Position numbers and translations under genes: made by a program | Shown here: piece by piece, positions 12,795 to 25,400 of the stretch | How the letters are laid out: the number at the start of each line of letters is the position of its first letter | How positions within the stretch are numbered: the first letter of the stretch is position 1 | The notes under the pieces: generated by a model | Told to the model about the DNA's origin: nothing | What the model saw: only the letters and a program-made list of their open reading frames with translations | Database searches by the model: none | Origin: Psammoneis japonica | Taxonomy: Eukaryota | Assembly: GCA_008632985.1 (NCBI GenBank) | Contig: QPGO01000072.1 | Location: 186,001-250,000 of the forward strand | Length of the DNA: 64,000 bases | Direction of reading: 5' to 3'

Positions 12795-15279
12795 GTTGCT
12801 CCTGAGGGTTTCAACTGTGAACCTCTGAGCGATGAGCACCAAGTGCACTGGCAAGTGCAAGGTGATGAGATTGCAATTGAACTGGTTGGTCTGATTGACG
12901 ATGATGTCTGCATGGGATTCAGATTTCCGGTTGTAACAACCAAACCTTAATGGTTGGTGCAGATGCAACCATCGCAGACTTCTTCAATGGGACATTCCGT
13001 GCACGTGACTTTTACATGAGCGAACAAGGGCAATGTAGCAGCAATGGCCTTGGAGTGTGCCCTGACGCTGGTGACAGTTCATCAGCTGACAATGTGACAT
13101 TGGTCTCGGGCATGCAGGAGGCAGGAGTCACGCTTGTTCGTTTCAAGCGTCCAGTGGAACCTTCCGATGTTGGTGGGATGGTAGCTGGGCAATCTGTTGA
13201 CTGATCATTGTCTGTGGCACCTGGTGTGTCATCTTTTATTGTTTGGGCGCTTGGACCAATCCAGCTTGAAACTGGTTTACCATTTTTCCACTCAATTGAC
13301 TTTGCACGGGAGAACGTAGCCCTTGAATTCGGTCGAAACGTTCAAAACAACTGCCCGCCTCTCGTTGGCGGGACAACAGCTCCAGCTCCCGGTACAGACG
13401 CCCCGGAATTGCCACCCTTCTTTCATCCTCCCATTGTCGACACAACGGAGCTAGTGGCAAATATAGGAATTTCTGGGGGAGAGCGTGGTGTGGAAAAAAT
13501 AACAAATCGCACTGCATGGGGCATTGCTTGGTGTAAGTTTGGCTTCGGCAAGATGTTTGTGTAGCTTTGTTCACGCCGCTTACTATTTGCTTGCTTCAAA
13601 ATACAGACATCAACGACCTTCTTATTCCGGTTATCGAGATGCGCCGTGGTACAACATATACTTTCAGAGTCAATGGCGGCGATAACCCATCGCAAAATTC
13701 GCGATATCACCCTATGTACATTACAACAAGCGATTTAGGCGGTTACGCTCAGCGAACACCAGCGCAAAGACTTGAAGAAACCGTACTCGCAGGACTTGAC
13801 ATCGTGGATAACACGGACGAAGGCTTCGAAATTCTAGCGGCTGGTCCAATCTGTCTCTACGGGGCCACGGACGCCACAGCAGAAGCATCTATGTTTGGAA
13901 CGTACGACCAGTTCTTCGCCTCGCAGGACACCTCATGCGCGGACGACACGACCCTCCTCGACCAAGCCGCAGTTCTCGAGTTCACGCCAGATGCGAGTGC
14001 TCCTGACTTGATCTATTATCAATGCGTCACTCACACAAGTCTTGGCTTCGAGATTCGAGTTATCGACGAAGACGCTCCATCGATTGTCGATGTGGATTGC
14101 TCCACTTCAAGCACAATCGGTCTCGGTGACATTGTCGTACACGCTGTTGTTGATCCTGTGACAGCAACGCTGACAACTGAAGTCATCTACAACGGCATCG
14201 GCTGGGTGGCAATGGGTTTCACGAACGGCGATGCCGTGATGGTAGGATCAGAGGCCGTCATTGGTTTGCCAGACGAACCCAACGGCCCGTCCAACCCAGG
14301 AAAGTACAATCTGAATGCCCGTAACCTGCCTGGAGTTGAGCCAATGCCAGAAGCACAACAGACTTTGATTAATGCAACCATTGAGCAGACGGAGACGCAG
14401 ACAATCATGAGGTTCACAAAGCTACTCGTCGACCCGGGCGAGCACCCAATCTCAGCTTCTCAGGAGAACACATTCTTGTTTGCATACGGAAGCGGCAATG
14501 ATCTGGGTTTTCACCAAGCCCGCGGTGGTTTCTCAGCGCTTCTCAATCAATGTGCAGTATCGATTGATGGAAAGCTCCTAAATGCTCAGTTTGTCAATGG
14601 AGGAGGGAACATTGAGATTGAGTCTGATGACATGAACCGCAACACATGGGTAGCACACGGAGCGTGTGCGGCGACTGCATGGGCAATTTTGGTGCCGTTG
14701 GCGATTGGGTCCTCCATCATTCGCAAAACCTTGGAGTATATCGGCCTACCCAAGGGGTCGTGGTTCATGCTTCATCGCGTATTGAACATGCTTGCCGCCA
14801 TCCTTACCATCACGGCATTTTCTCTTGCAGTGCACGGTATCAACCAGCAGCCGGACTCGGAGCACTTCAATAGAGAGACGCATCACACACTCGGATTGGT
14901 AATTTTCATCCTGACTCTGTTGCAAGCTCTTGGGGGAATCCTTCGCCCTCATTTACCAGAGCCTATTGAAATCCATGAGTTAGATGAGGAAGATTCTAAG
15001 ATGAAGACGACCAAGATGGTTCCAGGCGAGAAGAGCCCCCAACGCCGACTTTTCGAGGTTATGCATCGCATTGTGGGAGTTGCTCTGCTTGGTATGGCAT
15101 GGTGGCAAGTCCAGAATGGGTTTACTCTTTTTGCCAACCTTTTCAATGAGGACAACATCAAGAATACTTTCTGGGGCGTTGTAGGTGGCATCTGCGGCTT
15201 CTTCTTGATTGTGTTTGTTTATCAGAAAGTTGTGCTGAGCAAGAAGGCTGAGAAGAAACAGGAGTCAGCAGATGGATGA
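12795..15279 (+). pseudogene. DOMON / Skeletor-like / DOMON / cytochrome b561 gene, paralogue 1, 5' end inactivated
   Basis: Paralogous to 16583-22239. GT-AG intron at 13533-13606 restores W-Y-I-N-D-L-L-I-P. Exon 2 is intact. The first DOMON has a frameshift (about 12920), an in-frame TGA (13202-13204) and Y->H/C changes (EHQVHWQ, DVCMGF versus EYQVRWQ, NVYMGF). The true start could not be determined. Confidence 0.8.
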
Positions 15280-15864
15280 TTAGACGCAGAACTTGGATAG
15301 TATGCGCAGAGCATATTGGATTATAGCGTGTAGGATATGTTTGTCTGAAGAAGCCTTGTTTCGCGATATTCAGCTCTATCGCGAAACTAGTAGAAGTCGT
15401 CATTACAATACTTGCGGCACGGGTCTCGCCCCAACGAATGATGCTCCTTGGGTTATCCCATCACTCCATCTGATGTTATGCCTGTACCAAATTAGGTATC
15501 TCGTATAGTACGGCGAGAACCCACGGCGTTCCGAGTGAGTCCACGAAATTCCCTTGGCGGCCTCGTTTATTGCTCCGTTTCCCTTCAGAAAAAAGTGGTG
15601 GAAAGAGACAGGATCTTTTGCACTACATTATTTGAAACGCCTGCAGCCCGCTGTTTTTCATACAGAATCAAAAGAAAAAGCTGTACAGCGTAGCGTCGAC
15701 GACTCATGCGATCTTTCATCATCTACAAGTGGTACCGTCCCTACAGTATCCAGTACAGTATTTCTAATCGCAATCACCTTCCTGCCTGTTGATTCGGTCC
15801 GGGTCCTTGCAACCACGCACGTTATTGAAGTCAGTGAGTCGGGCTTGCAATACAGGGGTCACCG

Positions 15865-16236
15865 ATCTAGTGTTTATTATTTATTATCCCGGACGATTAC
15901 TTATTCGTTAGACTTTATTGGCGAAGAAACGTGACAATTGCATTTAGGTAACTTTTATTCGAACATTTAGTGTGAGTTTAACTTATGTCATTAATGACGT
16001 CATAAGGGTCTTTCTGGCTAGGCGTGCGTCGGAACTGCCTGACACCGGCCTCGTTTGGCGTCGAAGGCTTAATTAAAATAGTAATAGATGATGTCATCAA
16101 CATAAGTAGGAAAATGTCCGACGTGTCTTCATGTCTCACGGATTTTATTTATGAAAATAATAAACACTGCATTTACGGCCAAATATAGAAATAAAATTAT
16201 TTGGAAATAATACACGAAAAACAATAAACACTAGAT
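15865..16236. mobile_element. AT-rich MITE-like element bounded by 14-bp inverted repeats
   Basis: atctagtgtttatt (15865-15878) is the exact reverse complement of aataaacactagat (16223-16236). The interior is AT-rich and non-coding, with an extra internal aataataaacact at about 16156. Confidence 0.55.
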
Positions 16237-16582
16237 GTGCGCGCTGCGCGATTTCGATTAGATCAGCGATGCCTGTAGCAGGTTTCCACCGTAGACTGTA
16301 CGCAGAAGTTCCCACCCAAGAAACAGCAGCAGTTGGATTTTCCGCGCCGGCCGCGATGTCAACTTCACTTCAGAAACCTGCATAGGAAGGCTACGTTCGT
16401 AGAAAATGTACTGCAGCCAACGAGGAATATCTTTTGGTGGCGTTGTTACAAACAAAATTGAAAATTTGGTGACATCGCTTCAAGCTTCACCTTTTCTTCT
16501 TGTTGGTCGCGTACAATCCATCATTCATTTATTCTGCTTTTGTAGTCATAAACCAAGATTTTACCGTCCTTGATCAACCGGA

Positions 16583-19500
16583 ATGATTTTTAACGTTAGG
16601 AGGTTGCTGTTGCTAGCAGCAACCGGATGGTATGCTGCAGGACAGATTGAGGTGACGCCTGATGGAGTCAATTGCGAGCCTCTGAATGACGTTTTTCAGG
16701 TGCGTTGGCAAGTGCAAGGTAACAACATTGCGATTGCGCTTGTAGGCTTGATTGAGGAGAATGTCTACATGGGCTTTGGAGTCTCCGGTCGTCAAAACCA
16801 AACCTTCATGGTTGGAGCAGATCCAACTATCGCTGACTTCTGGAATGGAGCGTTCCGAGCTCGTGACTTTTATATCAGCGGACGGACCGTTTGTACCCCT
16901 GATTGGACCGGTGTGTGTCCAGATTCTGTTGGATCGTTCGAGAATGATGTTTCAGATGTGGCAGGCGCACAGGATTCAGGTGTTACAGTAGTTGTGTTTA
17001 GGCGTCCATTGAATCCAATCAATGTCAACGAAGGTGTAGGTGGCCAGCCGGTCGACAGACCCATCTCCGTGGAGCCTGGGGTTTCGACGTTTGTTGTGTG
17101 GGCGATCGGGCCGGTTCGACCCGATGGATTACCTGGTTTTCACACCGACTTTCCCCGTGAAAATGTCAGCATCGAGTTTGGTCGAGCTGTTCAGAACAAC
17201 TGTGAACCTCTCATCGTTCAAGATTCACCCCCTCCCACGTCGTCTCCACCGCCGCCTCCTCCTCCTCCACCTCTTGAAGTATCTATCGGCGACACCCCCG
17301 CCGGCTACAACTGTGAGCCCCTAAGCGATGACTACCAAGTGCGTTGGCAAGTTCAAGATGATGAGATTGCGATTGAGCTTGTTGGCTTGATTGGCGAGAA
17401 CGTCTACATGGGATTTGGAGTCTCTGGACTTGAAGACAGTACTTTCATGGTGGGAGCAGATGCAACGATTGCGGACCTCTCGAATGGAGCATTTCGAGCA
17501 CGTGACTTTTACATCAGCGGACGTACCGTTTGCAGTGATGCTGGTACCGGTGTGTGCCCAGATTCGGTTAGTACGTTTGAGAATGATGTTTCAGAGGTGT
17601 CGGGCCTACAGGAGTCGGGTGTTACATTGGTTCGTTTCAAGCGTCCGTTGGATCCAACCGATGTCGACGAAGCTGTAGGTGGCCAATCGGTCGACAGACC
17701 TATCTCCGTGGAAAGCGGGGTTTCGACGTTTGTTGTATGGGCGATAGGACCGGTTCGACCCGATGGATTGCCAGGCTTTCACACTGACTTTCCCCGTGAA
17801 AATGTCAGCATCGAGTTTGGTCGAGCCGTTCAGGACAACTGCGAACCTCTCGTCGTTGGTGATTCACCACCTCCCACGCCGTCTCCACCGCCTCCCCCAC
17901 CTCTTGAAGCAGGCATTGGCGATACCCCCGCCGACTACAACTGTGAGCCCCTAAGCGATGACTACCAAGTGCGTTGGCAAGTTCAAGATGATGAGATTGC
18001 GATTGAGCTTGTGGGCTTGATTGGCGAGAACGTCTACATGGGATTTGGAGTCTCTGGACTTGAAGACAGTACCTTCATGGTGGGAGCAGATGCAACGATT
18101 GCGGACCTCTCGAATGGAGAATTTCGAGCTCGTGACTTTTACATCAGCGGACGTACCGTTTGCAGTGATGCTGGTGCCGGTGTGTGCCCAGATTCGGTTA
18201 GTACGTTTGAGAATGATGTTTCAGAGGTGACGGGCTTACAGGAGTCGGGTGTTACATTGGTTCGTTTCAAGCGTCCGTTGGATCCAACCGATGTCGACGA
18301 AGCTGTAGGTGGCCAATCGGTCGACAGACCCATCTCCGTGGAGAGCGGGGTTTCGACGTTTGTTGTATGGGCGATAGGACCGGTTCGACCCGATGGATTG
18401 CCAGGCTTTCACACTGACTTCCCCCGTGAGAACGTCAGCATCGAGTTTGGTCGAGCTGTTCAGGACAACTGTGAACCTCTCGTCGTTGGTGATTCACCAC
18501 CTCCCACGCCGTCTCCACCGCCTCCTCCACCTCTTGAAGCAGGCATTGGCGATACCCCCGCCGACTACAACTGTGAGCCCCTAAGTGACGACTACCAAGT
18601 GCGTTGGCAAGTTCAAGATGATGAGATTGCGATTGAGCTTGTTGGCTTGATTGGCGAGAACGTCTACATGGGATTTGGAGTATCTGGACTTGAAGACAGT
18701 ACCTTCATGGTTGGAGCAGATGCAACGATTGCGGACCTCTCGAACGGAGAATTTCGAGCTCGTGACTTTTATATCAGCGGACGTACCGTTTGCAGTGATG
18801 CTGGTGCCGGTGTCTGCCCAGATTCGGTTAGTACGTTTGAGAATGATGTTTCAGAGGTGTCGGGCTTACAGGAGTCGGGTGTTACATTGGTTCGTTTCAA
18901 GCGTCCGTTGGATCCAACCGATGTCGACGAAGCTGTAGGTGGCCAATCGGTCGACAGACCCATCTCCGTGGAGAGCGGGGTTTCGACATTTGTTGTGTGG
19001 GCGATCGGGCCAGTTCGACCCGATGGATTGCCGGGCTTTCACACTGACTTTCCCCGTGAGAATGTCAGCATCGAGTTTGGTCGAGCTGTTCAGGACAACT
19101 GTGAACCTCTCGTCGTTGGTGATTCACCACCTCCAACGCCGTCTCCACCGCCTCCGCCACCTCTTGAAGTAAACATTGGCGACACTCCGGCCGACTACAA
19201 CTGTGAGCCCCTAAGCGAAAACTACCAAGTTCGTTGGCAGGTGCAAGATGATGAGATTGCTATTGAGCTTATTGGCTTGATTGACGATAATGTCTACATG
19301 GGCTTCGGACTATCAGGTAGCGAGACAAATACATTCATGGTTGGGGCAGATGCAACTATAGCAGATTTCGTGGATGGGACGTTTCGAGCTCGCGATTTCT
19401 ACATGAGCGCAAGATTTCCATGCAACGAGGCTGGTGAGGGTGTATGTCCCGACCCTGCAGGCTCACTTACTGATGATGTATCAGAGGTGTCAGGAGTACA

Positions 19501-22239
19501 GGATTCGGGTGCTACATTAATACGGTTCAAGCGCCCATTATCCCCTACCGACCTCGACGCGACTGTAGGAGGGCAACCTGTTGATGCCACCTTTTCCGTA
19601 GAACCTGGCGTGTCAACCTTCATTGTCTGGGCACTTGGGCCGGTTCTCGCCGACTCCGGATTACCGGGTTTTCACACTGACTTCCCCAGTGAGGATGTCA
19701 GCCTAGAATTCGGGCGAGCTGTTCAGAACAACTGTGAATCTCTCGTTTCACCTCCTCCAGAAGCCATCCCTGAGTTTGTATCGACCCCGGCAGACTATAA
19801 TTGCGAGCCTCTAAATGATGAGTACCAAGTGCGTTGGCAAGTTCAAGATGACGAGATTGCGATTGAGCTTATAGGCTTGATTGACGATAATGTCTACATG
19901 GGCTTCGGAACATCAGGTAGCGAGACAAATACATTCATGGTTGGGGCAGATGCCACTATTGCAGATTTCTTCGACGGGACGTTTCGAGCTCGTGACTTCT
20001 ACATGAGTGCAAGGTTTCCGTGCAACGATGCTGGAGGTGGCGTGTGTCCCGACCCTGCAAGCTCATTCACTGATGATGCATCAGAGGTGTCAGGTGTAGA
20101 GGATTCCGGAGTGACGTTGGTTCGCTTCAAGCGTCCCCTCTCTCCCACTGACGTTGGCGAGACTGCAGGTGGGCAACCCATTGATACCAACATTTCCGTA
20201 GAACCTGGCGTGTCAACCTTCATTGTCTGGGCACTTGGGCCAGTTCTCGCCGAATCCGGATTGCCAGGTTTTCACACTGACTTTCCTCGGGAGGACGTTA
20301 GCCTTGAGTTCGGTCGAGCTGTTCAAGACAACTGCGTGCCACTTCTCGGCGGCACATCCCCTCCAGCCCCTGAAACCGAAGCCCCAGAGCTTGAACCATT
20401 CTTCCGCCCACCTCTTGTTGAAACCACAGATTTTGTCGCTCACATTGGTCCTTCTGGTGGTGACCGCGGTGTAGCTGGGATTACAAATCAGCCCCCGTTT
20501 GTCGTTGCATGGTGTAAGTGGTTGCGCAGCCTTGTCACAATTTGTATATGTGTTGACGTTTCTTACGATTCTATTGGTAACTGCATTGCTGTAACTCAGA
20601 CATCAATGACCTTCTGATTCCTCTCATCGAGATGCGTCGTGGTACAACCTACACCTTTCGTGTCAATGGAGGCGACGACCCTGGGATTGGAGCGGACTTC
20701 CATCCGCTTTATCTGACAACAAGTAGTTTAGGAGGGTACAATCAGCGTACACCAGAAGAACGACTTGAGGAAACGGTAGTTGCTGGACTTGACATCGTAG
20801 ACAACACGGACGATGGCTTCGAAGTACTTGCCGCTGGTCCGTTATGTCTTTACACTGCCACCGAAGATACCGAAGGTGCGCTGACTTATGAGCAGTTCTT
20901 CACGTCTCTGGATACTTCATGTGCGGCAGACACTGCCGTTACAGACGCAGCTGCAGTTTTGGAGTTCACACCAGATGCGAATACTCCCGACTTAATCTAC
21001 TATCAATGCGTCACCCACAGTAATCTTGGATTCGAGATTCGCGTTATTGATGAAGACGCTCCGTCAGTTGTCGATGTGGATTGTTCTACTCCAACTACGG
21101 TCCCGCTAGATGATGTCACTATTAACGCGGTTATAGACCCCGTTGCAGGAACCTTGAACGCTGAAGTCATTTACGACGGCATTGGCTGGGTGGCAATGGG
21201 ATTTACGAATGGCGCTGCTGTGATGGTAGGATCAGAGGCCGTCATTGGTTTGCCAGACGAACCCAACGGGCCAACCAACCCCGGGAAGTATAATCTTAAT
21301 GCACGCGCTGTCTCTGGTGTTGTGCTCATGCCAGAGGAACAGCAGACGTTAATCAATGCCACCATTGAGCAGACGGAGACGCAGACAATCATGAGGTTTA
21401 CGAAGCTTCTCAATGAACCGGGTGAGCATCCAATATTGTCTTCTCAAGAGAACACATTCCTGTTTGCATACGGAGGGGACAATGATCTAGATATTCACCA
21501 AACACGCGGAGGCTTCACCGTGCTTTTAAGCCAGTGTGCTGTGTCTGTGGACGGGGTGCTGCTAAATGCCCAGTTCGTCGACGGAGGTGGTGTTGAGCTT
21601 GATTCGAATGATCCGAATCGTAGCCTATTTGTGGCACACGGCGCTTGCGCGGCGACGGCGTGGGCAATTTTGGTACCTCTCGCGATCGGATCTTCGATCA
21701 TTCGCAACACATTGGAGTACGTAGGCTTACCCAAGGGGATGTGGTTTAAGATCCATCGTGGTTTGAATATGCTTGCCGTCGTGTTGACAATCACGGCGTT
21801 CTCTCTGGCAGTGCATGGGATCAACCAGCAGCCGAACCCAGAGCATTTTTCTCTCACCACACATCACAAACTCGGTTTGGTGATTTTCATCCTAACGCTG
21901 TTGCAAGCACTTGGGGGCATTCTTCGTCCCCATTTGCCTGAGCCGATAGAGATTCATGAGCTTGATGAAGAGGGCTCTGAAATGAAAAAGACTACGCTTG
22001 TACCCAAGGAAAGGACCCCTCAGCGTAGAGGTTTTGATGTCGGTCACCGTGTCCTTGGTCTTGCTCTGGTCGGTATGACGTGGTGGCAAGTTCAGGATGG
22101 GTTCGGTCTTTTTGCCCAAATTTTCAGTGAGGACAACATCAAGAACATTTTCTGGGGCGTTGTCGGTGGCATTTGTGGCTTCTTTCTCATTGTTTTCATA
22201 TACGAAAAGATGGTTTTGAGCAAGAGGGCCTCAAAATAG
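16583..22239 (+). CDS. Giant secreted/membrane protein: 6 tandem DOMON + Skeletor/At5g54830-like domain + DOMON + cytochrome b561 (ferric-reductase-like, about 1856 aa)
   Basis: Signal-peptide-like N-terminus. Exon 16583-20513, GT-AG intron 20514-20599, exon 20600-22239. DOMON motifs (YQVRW...YMGFG...MVGAD...VWAIG...FH) separated by poly-Pro linkers, then YYQCVTH. The C-terminal TM domain has four His (VAHG, KIHR, THHK, GHR). Confidence 0.9.
17291..19220 (+). repeat. Intragenic tandem repeat with exact 630-bp period (three near-identical DOMON units)
   Basis: The unit start ga(c/t)ac(c/t)cc(c/g)gccg.ctacaactgtgagccc recurs at 17291, 17921, 18551 and 19181. Confidence 0.95.
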
Positions 22240-22434
22240 CAACACAGAGGCGGTAACTTGCCAGACGCCAGTTCTTTTACATGTTAATGCTTAAATAAAT
22301 GCACATGCGTACGTCCTGTGGTCTGAGTTTGCTTCTACAGTAGCGTACGACAGGCAATCTTCATTATCGTAGCTCGTCTGGGATCGCGCATTTGTTCGAC
22401 AGCGTTTGCCAACTTGCATTCCTTGAAGTCTTCA

Positions 22435-25400
22435 TTACAAACCAAGACCGTCACTGACAAGCAAATTTACAATAATTTTCATTTCGGCCGTTGCAGAAAT
22501 GTCAAACGCTGGGTTCTCCACCTTCCTTGAAAGAAGTTCGTCAACTTTTTGACGAAGTCCACCAATCAGCGCCCCAATTCTTGGATTAGCTGCTAGTCGA
22601 GCCCACTTGTCAATGACAATGACTCCTTTTGCCGCCTGCACTTCTAGCTGACCACCAAATAGTAAAAGAGCATAGGAACTGCATTCTGTTGAATCTCGCA
22701 AAAATGCTTTCGAAGTCTTAACCAATTCGTGATATACAAGCCATGGACAATCATAGGATCCAGCATCAAAGTTTGCCGAAGAAGGATGAGTGAAAACGCG
22801 CTGCTCGGAAGATAATCGGTCTTCCGTTCCCGTAGAGCTTTCAGGCGCTTTATCGGAAGGAGAGCCGTTGGAATCGCTCTTTTCATCACTAACCACACGT
22901 ATAAAAAGCTTTATTTCCTTTGCATTACCTTCCCTTTCCACTGCTCCTTCAACCGTCTCTCTGTACTTCTGGCTAGGTCTGACCACCTTTACAAGCTGAC
23001 TTGGTGCTAAGGCTGCAACTACGCACGCCCGCACGACGCTCCAAGAGCAGGTGCCATCCTGGTCATTTCCGTAAAAGCCGATGCTGATCAAAGATGAATC
23101 TAGCTGTGATACCAATTGCTTCATATCCTTCATTCCGTTGAAGCTCAGGCCCAGCCTGTCACAATATTGCTTTCTTTCGCCGCCACCAGTACCGCGTTTT
23201 TCCCACTCCATGTATGCAGCAGCAACAAGTGCGTGGTCGCTTCTACCAACATTGTTCTGTAGCTGCTTTCTTTCCTTCAAAACGTTCTTTTGTTTCATGG
23301 CTTCAGAGGAGTCCTCGTCATTGTCCTGTTTATAGCCAGCGAAGCTGTTGACACGAAGAAACGGGTTTCGTCCGAGGCTCATGCCAGCCGCAATTGCGAG
23401 AGCTGCTTGGCGACATCCAAGGATGCAGCCGACAACACAAACTTCCAAAACGAACAAGCAATCAAAAGTGTGAGAGAATGAATATTTGGACAAAAAGAGA
23501 CGAATCGAAACGTTTGAAGGACATACTCTTTCCAACAGTGGGAGGAGCTGGGATGCCTGCCAGATGTGTCCCTAGTGGTGTCAGGCAGACACCAGGACCA
23601 TCGATTTCTTTTTCAACTGCGCCAAGCCTCTCAAGATTGTACAAAGCAGCATCAATAGACTTTCTGCTGGGCGGATCTAACAAAGTATGAAGAAATTTGC
23701 CAGTGCCATCTTCAAGTCGAAGGAAAAGTAGTGAAAGTAGGGTCTGATCCAATGCGCATCGTTTGATTTCTGGTTCGCCATGCTCTTGCAGCTTCGATAA
23801 AGTCGCTCTCGAAATGAGCTTGTAGCAAGTGCCCTCTCGCACCCGACCAGCGCGACCACGACGCTATTATCGAAAGAGAGAAGAAGAAAAATATACACTC
23901 CGTGAGCACACAGATCACGATTCGCTCGAGCAAGAGCTTGTTGAGGACGCACCTGCTTCAAGCTTGCTTTCGAAGCAAAGGCTTCAACAAGAAGGGGCAT
24001 GCGATTGTTCGGATCATACGAAAGCTGCTTTTCCCGGCACGAGTCAATCACGATGGTACAATCTTGAATAGTAATACTTGTCTCGGCGATGTTTGTGCTC
24101 AGGATGACCTTGGTGCAACCCCGTTCGACTGACTGGAAAACAAGGTTTTGCTCCTTTGGCTGTAAGCCACCGTGTAGAGGAAGCAAACGCACCGACAGTC
24201 CACGCAGGATTCTTTGCAAAGTTTTGGTAGCAGCATTGATTTCGGGGGCTCCCGGCAGGAAGACAAGAATAGATCCATCACCACATTTCTTTGTACGGAT
24301 CAAATGCTTCACAAGCTGCCCAACAAGGTCGTAATCTGTATTTGTCTCGTCCAGACGTTTGATTCGTTCCTCGAGCGAAGGAATATTGGAAGATCACGAT
24401 CATCAGCGTCAGTATTGATGATATCCTTGTCGCGTATTCTAGTCGGATCATCTCCATCATTGTCATATTCCCATGGACGGCTTCTATTGTAGCCCCCACT
24501 CCTCTTCTTCTTACCGTTCTTTGAAGGGACATAGTTTGTAACTTGAAGAACATCCTCAACAGTGAAGTCATTAACAGGAAAAGTGCGGCCTTCGATATGC
24601 ATCCTGGGTATATTGTCGCCAAAGTATCTTGCGAATCGATCTTCATCAATGGTAGCACTCATCAGAATCAGCTTCAAATGAGGCGTTCTATCGAGGCAAG
24701 CCTTCAATATTCCTAAAAGAATATCGGTGTCGAGATGGCGCTCGTGAACCTCGTCGACAATAACGTGAGAAACGCAGTCCAAGGCTTTTGAGCACTGGAG
24801 CTGACGGAGAAGGACTCCAGTCGTGCAAAACATGAGACGAGTGCTATCGCACATTGCAGAGTCACCCCTCACAACATGACCAACGCTACCTATCCCAGCT
24901 CGAGCTTCTCCGCGTTCGTTTGCCACACGAAGTGCGACTCCCGTGGCAGCCAGTCGTCGGGGCTGAGCCACAACGATTTTGGCCTCCTTTGGATTCTCCT
25001 CGAGGATGTATTGGGGAACTTGTGTCGTTTTACCCGAGCCTGTTGCACCCGTCACTAGCACCACACGGCCGTTCTGTGAAAGAAGTGTCAAAAAACGGCC
25101 AACGATTAGGAAAGGCATGTCTGTATATCAAAGTAAAAGCAAAACACGACTAGTCGTATGCCTACATTACCTTTTCGGCCAACTTCAAGGCTGCCAGAAA
25201 CTCGTCTCTCGCTCTCGCAGCCGGCAAACTTTTCCTGGCTCTATCGAGTGATGCGCCAAGCTTGGGAAATGCTGTAGCAACAGGTGTCTCGCGAGGTGTC
25301 TTTGACCAGAAGAAGGAACGCGGTCTTGGACGTCGGTACGTTGACTCGCCAAACTTCTTGGGTATCCGCTTTGGTTGGGCCGCTTTCTTTTCAACAAATT

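Larger units (their letters stand above)
1350..13300. other. Hypermutated repeat/pseudogene domain 1 (TpA- and CpG-depleted, TpG/CpA-rich)
   Basis: TA is nearly absent over about 12 kb. ORFs in all six frames are almost Tyr-free and Cys/His-rich. The block contains recognisable TE and gene relics. Boundaries are approximate. Confidence 0.9.
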
